NCBI RefSeq assembly: GCF_006345805.1 | Contig: NC_042998.1 | Span: forward strand, 100,874,001 to 100,938,000 | Direction: 5' to 3' | Length of the DNA stretch: 64,000 bases | Origin: Octopus sinensis | Taxonomy: Eukaryota | Part shown: in pieces, positions 52,630-64,000 of the stretch | Numbering within the stretch: position 1 is the first letter of the stretch | How the letters are laid out: the number at the start of each line of letters is the position of its first letter | Program-made: the position numbers and the translations under genes | Notes under the pieces: generated by a model | What the model was told of the DNA's origin: nothing | Databases searched by the model: none | Seen by the model: only the letters and a program-made list of their open reading frames with translations

Positions 52630-53130
52630 TCTAGAGGTCAATAACAAGAAAGATAGACGGCATGACAGGCATTGACTACGGGGGTCGACTAAAAAAAGAA
52701 CTCAGTCTCTACTCTCTCCAATGCCGCCGTGAGCACTACATCATTTGTGTGATGTGGAAAATATTTCATCAATATTGCACAAATGATGCTGGCATCAATT
52801 TAAAATCCACCCAAGACTTGGCCCCCGTGCTATATGCCCACTACTAAAATTGAACTGAAGACACATAGCAGCATTACAACACAACTGCTTTACCTCAACC
52901 AGTCTAGCTCTCTTTAATATTATACCAAAATAGATCAAAACGGAAATAGATCCCATAAAATTCAAAAGTTCTCTGGACAAATTTCTCCCCAAAATCCCAG
53001 ACCATCCTCCCACACTCGGATATGTCTCCCTCCAACAATAATAATTATTTGCTAGAGTGGGCAATGGTGCCTCATATGTGACTAAAATACTTCACCAGGT
53101 GGTGCTATTAAGTTAGACATGGCCTGGGCC
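52630..53130 (+). mobile_element. CR1/Jockey-like LINE 3' end, decayed
   Basis: DYGGRLKK.LSLYSLQCRREHYII..WKI; HPRLGPR; LFNIIPK; FKSSLDKFL.KIPD.P..GY. Confidence 0.8.
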
Positions 53131-53603
53131 TATACTGGCCGAATTCTATCTAAGTTAAGCTCTTCGTTTTGATTCTTCATAGCCTGAGTTCAAATCCTGC
53201 CGACGCCAGCTTTACCTTTCACTATTTCGGTGTCGATAAGATAAGTATCAATCAAGAATGGTGGATTGATGAAGAACTCCTTTGATCATTGGTCAGCAAG
53301 ATAGAAGTTAACTTAGAGCAAAACAACAACAATAACAACATCATCTCCTAATTCTTCTTCCCAGAAATATCCACCCAGAATTCATTTTCTGTTCAGGTTT
53401 TTCATACCGTCATCAACCAGCAGAAGTTCAGTTTGAACATAACTGCATCGACACCCACCCTCTGACTAAACAAAAACAGCAATAATTATGATGATTTCTA
53501 ACATATGTGCAACACTTTCATTGGAATATAACCACGTATGTATATGATACATATATAATACAAAACCATATTAAAAATCAATTGCAGCGTGGAAGGTGTT
53601 TAT

Positions 53604-53714
53604 AAGCCATTTAAAAACACACAAAAACCGTTAGATTCACTTCAACATTTAAATTTAATTAGTCAAATTTAAATGAAGTGAATCTAACGGTTTTTGTGTG
53701 TCCTTCAATGGCTT
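53604..53714. repeat. ~110-bp near-perfect palindrome
   Basis: acacacaaaaaccgttagattcacttc..catttaaattt / aaatttaaatg.aagtgaatctaacggtttttgtgtgt, with outer aagccatt / aatggctt. Confidence 0.92.
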
Positions 53715-55059
53715 TTAGAAGTATAGGTTGTGGAGCCATCTAATGTGACTCTACTCAGAAGATTGTAATCTCATTTGACAGGAACATGGTATAAAGAAAT
53801 GCATGGAACAAGGCGGAAACTCTAAATGCCTTTAATGTGGCCACACGTATATATACAAGCTGAATGATAAATGAAAATGGTTTGATGCGTGGAAGCCTTG
53901 GTCTTCTCCTGCGCGTTACCTTCTATCTGCTAGCTAGCGTGTCGTGTGTGTGTGTGTGTGTGTGTGTCTGTGTGTGTGTGAGAAAGAGAGAGAGATAGGT
54001 TATGTCTTCAGTCTCGCGTCTCGGTGCAGAAAGAGGAAATGATGAGTCTCTGAACCTTAATATTGCGTAATACCCTCTATTGTTCAACAAATTAGGCAGC
54101 CGCCCTCAGGGGAGGTAACTGTGCCTACAGAGCCCCCACCTTAGATAGGAAGCGGTCGATTAAGAGTAGTGTAGGTGGAGTAAGTGTGCACTCGGAGGTC
54201 ACAGAAGACCGAGCCATGGCAAAACAGTTGCATGAACAATTGAAATTGAAAAAAAAAAAAACAATGCAAATATGTACAAGCAAAACGTTCAGCAAAGAAA
54301 AGGTGTCCAATCAAATAGAACAAAGCACATATGTACAATGATACAGGAAGAGGGAACATGTGAATGCGGTGTCTATAGCAACATAAGTCTATTCTCCGGA
54401 ACAGTCACTGGCGAGGCAAAGTTAAGAAATGTAAATAGTCTGAGACACAGAACGTTGACATGCAAACGTGATAGCAACTGTCCAAGAAACTGGAAATTAC
54501 AGAATGCAAAATTCAAAGTGCTTAAGATGCAATGTTGACTGCTGAGACATGAGAAGTGCCAAAACTTTTCCTGAAAGGGCAGTGAGTCGCTTGTAGTGGA
54601 AAAAAGTGTTGTTTGTCTGCAAGAGCGGTAGGTCACTTGCAGAGGTTATGGTTAGGGTTAGGCTGCAAGGGCGGTGGGTCGCTTTCAGAGGCTGGAGGTG
54701 TTAGCATGTAGGAGCAATGAGAAAGCAACTAAAATCCTAGAATGTGGTGCATGTGTGTATGAACATTGAAACAAGTCAACGTATAGTATATACAATATTC
54801 AAAAATATGTACATACATCGGTAAGGTCTCAGTTTTAGACGCAGCAAATGATTTTAGCTCAATAGAGGCGATTGATTGGTTAAAATACGATAGATTAAAC
54901 TACGTTAAACTTACAAATTACAATTTTCTCAAGAAAGCCAAGAGAAAAAAATGTTTTATTTTGACACATTCTACCAGTATACGAAGTTTAAAAGTGTATA
55001 GTTAACTAGAAATTGTGTTGAAAACTGCCGTTCAAAAGGAAAAGATCCAAAAGCCACAC

Positions 55060-55380
55060 TACTGCCTTGCATGAAGCTGCTGACTTACCACTGCACAAAT
55101 GTGCTTGCTCTCCTCTCTGCCTTTTATACTGCCACTGTAGCGGTTTCCGCGCTACGGAGCTGGTTGAAATTAGGCCGCAACCGCTCAGACATCATCCACC
55201 TGACTTGTTTCTCTCCCTCCTGTCATTGATATTATGTTTTCCCTTCCCTCTGAGGCTCATATCCCGTACTAATTACTTCGTCCAATTCTTCCTACATCAC
55301 TCATCTGGAATTTCTTCCCTGTCGCTATCAACATTAATCGCATAGATTTCCCTGAACTACAAGGGTCGGCGAAGGTCATC
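55060..55380 (+). mobile_element. CR1/L2-like LINE 3' fragment
   Basis: HKC..SPLCLLY....F...ELVEI..., SRTNY.VQ.F.....IWN.LP-like segments. Confidence 0.55.
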
Positions 55381-55400
55381 AGTACGTCCGTACTTTCAGG

Positions 55401-55474
<74 letters not shown>

Positions 55475-55904
55475 GTCTGTCTGTCTGTCTGTCTGTCTGC
55501 TTGCCTGCCTGCCTGCCTGCCTGCCTGTCTGTCTGCCTGTCTGCTCGTCTGTTTGTCTGTTTGTCTATCTGTCTGTCTGTGCACACGTACGTATGTATGT
55601 ATCGTCTTGTCTATTTCTTAGTTTATAATCCTTACAGAAATCTCACCTGAAGTCTACCATGAACAATAGCGACATAATCTAACCTTCAGTTAAATTGTGT
55701 CAATTGAAATAGGTTGCTTCTATAACGTTCTCCAGAAGAATTCTACCACACCTTAAACAGACTAATGCATGATATTCTGAAATAACAAAACAAGATGTAA
55801 GATAATTGTATACTCTTGTAGCGTATTTGATATCTTCATTGTTTGAGAGACACATTAGGAATGATCTCGTTTGAGATTACATCCATCTTTGGCTAGTTTG
55901 ACCC

Positions 55905-56930
55905 TGTTGCGTCCACTGCACTGATTGGTTGGCATTTGGCGCGGTTTATCTCTCGACTTATTTCGCGCCAGTGTGTAAGCCAACCAATCACGGCCTTCGG
56001 ATAAAATGCTTCATTTGAGCCTACCCCAGGCTTTAAAAAGGCCAGCATTCACTATTCCGAGTCTTTGGCTCTAGACCTTCTAAGGTCTAGTCACTGACCA
56101 CAGAGCTACTCAGCCGTGTTCCAGTTCCAGCGACAGTCGACCAGCTAGCTAGCCATGAAGACGCTATTATACACTAGCGACAGACAGGACTTTCTACATC
56201 TCCGTCGCCTTCTTCTGAACGTCATCTCCCTCTGCCGCCGCCACTACCATCTTCGTCCTTCACCTCTGCGTCATCTCCATCTCCGTCGACTTCAGCAATA
56301 TGTACACATCAACACGACCAGGTTTTAAACTCCCGCTGTTTGTGAATATTTCACCGAGGTAAAACAGTTGCAGTCTACCTGAAAGAACTTTCTGTAACAA
56401 GAGACTCGACACGGCATTGAGGCCTCAACCGCGGCTTGACATGTGCCCCAACCGGCCTCTGCCTCGTGCCCCCAACATCTTGTTATAGAACTTGCTATCG
56501 TGTGCCTCACTTACGAATTGGTAAACAAATTCCATCTTAACTCTCTATGCTGAGATTCATCTTATGCTCTGTATTCTGTTATATGCATACACCATTATTC
56601 GTACTTTCTGTCGCACACACAAACACACAAACACAAAACCCTATGCGCACGCATCCAGACACAACACTTTGCTAGCACTCACACACACTATCTTTGTACA
56701 CCTTGTAAATAAAGTCTTCTTCTTCTCTCTCAAACGGTAGAACGGTTTTGTCGTCCTTCATTCATTCCTTTGGCACTGTATTTTATAGTATGCATTTGGC
56801 TTCTTATTTTGTTAGGGGCGACCGTGCGACGTTCAAAAGGAGACATTTGTCACCAACTCTTTACATACGGTCGGATTCCCTACACTCTTGTCGATTTTTC
56901 AAGATAAGTGGGTCAGTACGCTTGATCTTT
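55905..56930 (+). mobile_element. Solo-LTR-like repeat; related copy starts at 62578
   Basis: Both start tgttg(c/t)gtccac and share ctgattggttgg...ccaaccaatc, a TATA-like ct(a/t)taaaa(a)gg and tctagaccttctaa.gtcta.cactgaccacagagc. AATAAA at ~56709. The 3' end is uncertain. Confidence 0.55.
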
Positions 56931-57169
56931 ACTGACCCTCGTGAACAGATAAAAATTGATGCTGTTGTTGTTCAGCTTGAACGTCCGTAGATGAAGGCCT
57001 GCAGGATAAACGTAAAGAGAAAAAGAGCATGGGGCTTAGTCCGAATGCTTATAAACAAAGTGAACACAGCTTAAAGGCAACCAAGAATCAAATTAAGCAG
57101 GGCGAATGTGTTATGTTGGTACCACATTAGTGCACAGTCTATCTGCTAATTTATATTTTAACGTGCAGT

Positions 57170-57232
57170 TTAACCCTAACCCTAAACCTAATCACAAACC
57201 CTAACCTTAATTCTAACCCAAATCCTAACCCA
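57170..57232. repeat. Degenerate (CCCTAA)n tract; shorter ones at ~37295-37322 and ~54648-54662
   Basis: taaccctaaccctaaacctaatcacaaaccctaacc... Confidence 0.8.
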
Positions 57233-58850
57233 GATCAGGTAATTTCACAGCATAGGCTACGGATTCTGAAGTAGACCGCATGCTAAAGAAGCACCATTAT
57301 GTCTGACTCTGATCAATATTCATGCACGCCAGTCATAGTCCAGATCGTTGTTGCTGTTTAGCACAAGATTATTTCGCTTGTACAGAAAGTGATCAAAAGT
57401 TGTAGTAGACAACTTAAACGACTCGTCTAATGGTTGGGATTTTATCAATAACGCATGCACTATCACTCTGTTGCGTAGGTATCTGTTTTCGCACCATGTT
57501 TCAATGGATGAGAAAACAGCTGTGTATTGTGCAATGCATTGTGGAGCAGAGAGCAAGATGTCTTTGCAGTATCATTCTGTTGCATGGTTATTTGTTTTCG
57601 CACCATCACTTACTTAATTGTGTGTTCTCCCCATTCACACAGTATGTTCAAGGCGGCCTTTCGCTCTAATATCGATCAATCGAGTACTGTGATTCGTGTG
57701 TGTTCGCGCGTTCTCCCTGTCTTTTGCTTATTAGGTAAGACTTTAAACTACATCCGTTAGTGGGATCCTGGTTTGGGAGTTCCAGGGTATTGTGGAGCTT
57801 GGAATCACTTGTTTGTCCCAGGTCTACTCTTGTTCCTAGGTCTATTCTGATAGGGAATAGTAGCACCAGTCAAGGTTCCATTATGAGTTAATTAGTATAT
57901 TAGAGCCTGTCTGCTGATAGTAAAGATTAGATCTTGCAGACTCTGCGGAAGACATCTTCATGTTTCAACGGATGAGAAGACAGTTGTGCATTGTGGAAGA
58001 GAGAGCAAGATGAAGCAAATAAGATGTTTTGATTATCCACTGCATCCGCCACCATTCCCAGTCGTTTTGACCTAGTCTTATCACTGGATTGAAGATGGCC
58101 ACAGGCACGAGAAAGTGGTTCACGGTGCACAACTTTTCTTTATTTTAAATAGTCACTGCACAAGTCATCAGACATCCTTAAGGTTGGCTAGATGGTCCTC
58201 GTCCACCCGACAGATGACCATATGAGTAAAAACGATACGGTTTTTCAAATAAAAATTTCCTTTTGCTTTATTAACCCACATCATTTGATATCATAATTCT
58301 CCACATGCACTTGAATGCACATACTCATGACAAACTTGCCACACATACGTAATGTTATATATACATTATCAATATAACGCATTTCCACACACACACATAC
58401 GTGTTCATCCACACTTATTTTCAGTCCCATAACTGTTGTTACAATGAAACGCACTTTGTGAAAAGTGTTTTTCGCTGACACAATCATGACAAACTATTAT
58501 TTACAGAAAATTCGGATTGAATATCTGAATTGTAATCATTAACTTTATCATATCTGGAACGTGAATCGTATTTCACACTGTTCTCTAATTTCGTTTTTAT
58601 AGCTGCTGTTTTCTTTATTATATACTGAATTAGGCATAATTAAATCTCAGAATGAGATTGAAACAGTAATCGCTCGATAATGTAAAGTATAGAAGCCATC
58701 TTATCATGGCTAACCACATTGGGGAGGGGGTGATACTGTAGCTTTATAGCCCCAAGAGATCTTCGTCTCAAGCTGGCTTTAGACACAATATCAGTGTCCT
58801 TGGAGTATTTGCAAAGGGAGGTCATCCCTTCCTCGCAAGCCTGAGTGATA

Positions 58851-58893
58851 CGCTCGAACTAGTTTCGGGATTGTTGTCCCTCGTCAACGGGCG
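58851..58893 (-). ncRNA. Type I hammerhead motif (UUGACGA core), left arm
   Basis: Minus: CGCCCG ttgacga GGGAC aaca ATCCC gaaa C ta G TT | CGAGCG. Confidence 0.7.
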
Positions 58894-59108
58894 GTAACCA
58901 CCAGGTAGCGATGAAAGTGAAGGCTTCTTTGCAAATATATATAAGTTTTTCTAATGGCGTCTGCCACTGATGTCGAAAAACGAACAGTACTCATTCTGAG
59001 ATTTAATTATGCTTACTGTTCGTTTTCGACATCAGTGGCAGACGCCATTAGAAAAACTTATATATATTTGCAAAGAAGCCTTCACTTTCATCGCTACCTG
59101 GTGGTTAC

Positions 59109-59151
59109 CGCCCGTTGACGAGGGACAACAGTTCCGAAACTAGTTCGAACG
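59109..59151 (+). ncRNA. Type I hammerhead motif (UUGACGA core), right arm
   Basis: CGCCCG ttgacga GGGAC aaca GTTCC gaaa C ta G TT | CGAACG. Confidence 0.7.
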
Positions 59152-60252
59152 TATCACTCAGGCTTGCAAGGAAGGGATGGCCTCCCTTTGCAAATACTCC
59201 AAGGACACTGATATTGTGTCTAAAGCCAGCTTGAGACGAAGATCTCTTGGAGCTATAAAGCTACAGTAACACCCCCTCCCCAATGTGGTTAGCCATGATA
59301 AGATGGCTTCTATACTTTACATACTGAATTAGGTTTTACTGAAAATTTTCATTGCACACGTTCTATTAAGCAAAGGTACAATGAATAACTTTACGTGTGT
59401 TTGCTTAGGTAAACTTATTTATATTTGAAAGAATAAATTTACTGTCTTGAACCACGGTAGCATCTTCATGTCGGTCTTTTTCTTGTTCTTGATAACGCAA
59501 CGTATTTCTGGTCTCTTATATGTCTTTCCTAGTCACGGAGTCAATCCATCTTATCCTTCGTGACCACTTCCTTGTTGTTTAAAGCAGAACTTCTTAAACT
59601 TTTTTTAACATCCTTTCTTTTACTAACACTTTTTCAACATCCCCTTGCAAAATTAAATACACAAAAAAATGCTACCGACAGGTTGGTCACTATTAAAAGA
59701 ATTCTTGGAATCTTAAAATAACTTTTCAATTACATATACGACCAGACGATCTGCACACAGAATAAAAGTTTTAAAAATTGAGGGAATTAACAAAGAAATA
59801 TCGCCTACAACGCCCCACTCCACCATCCCGGGGCAGTGTCGCTTACTTTGAGAAGCACTGGTTTAAAGCATGAAATCAAAACTACATTATCTGTCTGATT
59901 CCCTTTTAAAATGTCAGGGTGTGATTTGATGAAGTTTCAGTAGCGTTAAACACGCACAAACCTTCAGTCGCAGTGCTCAGGCGACAATCTTTGAGAGAAA
60001 CATCCAACCTCCTCTTGGATGGTATATTTATTAGATGTTAGGTTTCTTTAAAAAATGCGGTCTATAACGAGTTATTGTAACAATACGACTTAATGTCGCA
60101 CAGTAGTTCACGGATGCTAATTATTTCGGTGTTTACTATTTTTTCTTTCTCCTGTAGCGTGTGGTATGATAAGATATAGTGGCAGTTTATACATATATAA
60201 ATGTATAGTTTAATTATAACATCTTCATTTATGTTGTAAATTTATTTTATGT

Positions 60253-60374
60253 TATTAAGACCTGAAGAGTGGCTATGTATCGTTGGATCGAAGGAATATT
60301 AATTTTAGAGATTATCGATTTTGATATTGTCGATTTGAATACATCGTCACGAAACGCGCGTCGTCGCTTTAATG
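60253..60374 (+). ncRNA. Type I hammerhead ribozyme, canonical core, very long stem II
   Basis: TATTAA GAC CTGAAGA GTGGCTATGTAT...ATACATCGTCAC GAAA C gcgc G TC | GTC gct TTAATG; predicted cleavage after 60362. Confidence 0.88.
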
Positions 60375-60474
60375 TGTATTATTTAGTATAGACATTTTTA
60401 GTACAATATTAATAATAATATATTTAAATTTATACTTTATTATAGATAATATCTTTCATTATTAACTGAATTAC

Positions 60475-61861
<1,387 letters not shown>

Positions 61862-61900
61862 TATATATATATTTATTGCTACAATTTGTACAAGGCTTCA

Positions 61901-62020
<120 letters not shown>

Positions 62021-62577
62021 ATACATTTATTTATTTATTGCTACAATTTGTACTAAGCTTCATGAAATATAGACAGTGTCAAATTATCAGAACATCGTAT
62101 TTACAGGAGTTGAAATCTTCATTATTAAACTGATCTGCATATAGCTGCAAAAATATATGGCGTTGATTCTTCATCATTTCCGAGTTGTTATATAGCTGTG
62201 AAAATAGCTATTTGGACAATCGCGCTAGTTTGTGTATGTAGATGTAAAAATAGCTGAAGAGGAGAATTTGTCTAGGGCTGAAACGAAGGAAATCCGAATT
62301 CGCACCAAAAGAGGCTGCTTATAACGCCGTTGCTGAAGGAATTTTCTAGAATTACTACGTGAATACTTAACCATCATTGGTTGAAAATGGGATCTGCATA
62401 TATGATACACGTGAAATCCGTATGCGATCGAGCATGAAAATGAAAATGAAATCAACCGCGATACTCATATAGGTGTAGCGGACGCTTAATGAAATTCTCT
62501 CCCTCTCTCTCTCTCTGTTATATATAACATAAATACGGACGTAGCAGATAACAGCTAACCTTCGGCCGCTTGGATCC

Positions 62578-63290
62578 TGTTGTGTCCACAACTCTGATTG
62601 GTTGGTATTGGCACAATTTGTCTCTTGCTCTATTACGCGCCAATAGGGAACCCAACCAATCGCAGCCTTCTGATAAGGTCCCGCGACACAGTCTTCTAAA
62701 GCTCAGTTGGAGCCTCCTAGCCCCTATAAAAGGCTAGTTTTCAACACCGTATTTCGTCTTTGGTTCTAGACCTTCTAATGTCTAACCACTGACCACAGAG
62801 CACACAGCCAGTTCCAGCGACAGACAACACCAGCAGTTCACATTGGAGACTCAACTTCGTCCAGCAGCATTCAGGACCACCATCTCCATCGTCTTCATCT
62901 TAACAACGCCAACGACATCTCCACGTATCCCATTCTGTCAACGTCCTTGTATCCCGCTCTGTCAACTCCAGGTGATGCACTGTAATCTCCTATGGCAAAC
63001 AAGGTATCCCTGTTGGAGATACTTTCCACGACAGATCACAACTGAGTGTAGAATGTCTCCTTCACAGACCTGTCACTCATGGTAGTCGGAGCATACACTG
63101 CAACCAAGGAAAGGACACTCAAACAATATGCAATCCTCTGTCACATAATACACTTGTTGACAGCCGGCACACATAATACCATTGAAACCAGCCAGTCGGT
63201 CGCTGCAATTGCTACCTCACCGGTATGCCAACCATCAGAGTTCTCAGATCAGTAGTAGGTATAACCCCCGGTTGAGGCGTCGCTTCTCTC
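62578..63290 (+). mobile_element. LTR-like repeat related to 55905-56930, cut by an RTE fragment
   Basis: Shared motifs listed for 55905; ctataaaagg near 62725. Confidence 0.55.
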
Positions 63291-63293
63291 TGG

Positions 63294-63712
63294 TCAACAC
63301 ACTTCTGATAGGGTCGTCACAGCAACTCGCGCACAGTTGAGCTCCTTAGACATCAAAGGCAGACGGGAATCGTCACTCAGTGAGAAAACATTCCAGATTC
63401 CCATCCGAATAGACCTCCCCAGGTTGAACCGAGATTTCCTACACTTGGCGGATGACACCGTTGCACCACTAAAGTGACATCCCTCCAGAATACTGTCGGC
63501 GGATGGTCCCGACGGCTTTACCCCAGTCACTTCATGCTTTATAGACAGTTGAGGAGAGAACTTTTTGGGTTTGTACAAGAGGTTGTTGTTGGTAAGGGTT
63601 TTATGAGGTTGGAGTGCAGATCCTGCATCAACTTCTTTTAGTCGCTTTTACGACACGCAGAGGAAAAGTTGGGTCTATTTTTTGGCATGCCGGTCTCCAC
63701 ACGGCATAATTT
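63294..63712 (-). mobile_element. RTE-clade LINE 5' end (5' UTR plus start of the APE endonuclease)
   Basis: IRMGIWNVFSL...L.SKEL.....VTTLSEV (cf. IGTWNVRTL...IAALSEVR); 5' UTR contains gtcgtaaaagcgactaa. Confidence 0.85.
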
Positions 63713-64000
63713 CCGCTAAGAATGTAAATTAATTTTGTGAAATTATCTCCCCTTTTCTTTGAGAGTCGCTAACAATTACTGTTAGGTTTTTGCTTTCTTT
63801 CTTCAACTAAAAAGGAAATTTCAATTGGAAATTTTTTCCGCGTTTCATTCAAAACATTAACTAATAACTTATTTATCCAAATGCATGACATAGACCTACT
63901 TGAGTCTTTTGCCCGGCGGAGTTTCGGAATAGCTAATAATACCTCAAGAAGAAGGAAAAGGGCAAGCAACTGGGAAAACTTATTTCTTTTTGATTTGTTG

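Larger units (their letters stand above)
58634..59321. mobile_element. Non-coding hammerhead-containing element (~356-357-bp unit), inverted pair forming a long palindrome, 11-13-bp TSD
   Basis: Arms 58681-58989 and 59014-59321 with about 8 differences; the spacer 58990-59012 is the reverse complement of 58634-58656; TSD (a)tactgaattag(g) at 58622-58634 and 59321-59333. Confidence 0.92.

Noticed and set aside
55340-55382. CTGATGA...GAAA on the minus strand
   Set aside because: Stem II is weak, the cleavage position would be G, and there is no stem I.
57170-57232. Telomere or telomere-fusion site
   Set aside because: The tract is short, degenerate and internal; such CCCTAA tracts are common within repeats.
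62060-62460. ICRSHF motif suggesting a THAP domain
   Set aside because: The other THAP residues (N-terminal CxxxxC, W, P) are not found in frame.

Overview
This is 64 kb of AT-rich, repeat-dominated animal DNA. The SINE, LINE and microsatellite spectrum looks like an octopus/coleoid genome (inference). I found no host protein-coding exon I can support; almost all listed ORFs are microsatellite artefacts. Recognisable content: many tRNA-derived SINEs, decayed DNA transposons (Tigger, mariner, Tc1, hAT and Pogo MITEs, a Helitron/Helentron-like element), LINE fragments (R4/Dong-type REL, Tx1, RTE, CR1-like), solo-LTR-like elements, and one young Penelope-like element (RT thumb plus GIY-YIG) at 44.2-47.8 kb. 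The main signal, not shown by the ORF track, is about 10 type I hammerhead ribozyme (HHR) motifs from roughly 6 families. Two insertions (38.1-39.3 kb and 58.6-59.3 kb) are related non-coding ~353-357-nt units. Each unit carries one HHR and is circularly permuted (its 3' tail runs back into its own 5' part). Each is inserted as a 5'-to-5' inverted pair with a ~12-bp target-site duplication, the same geometry as the Penelope element nearby. This fits a Penelope-mobilised, retrozyme-like (possibly circular RNA) system. All structures were folded by eye, and ribozyme activity and circularity are untested.
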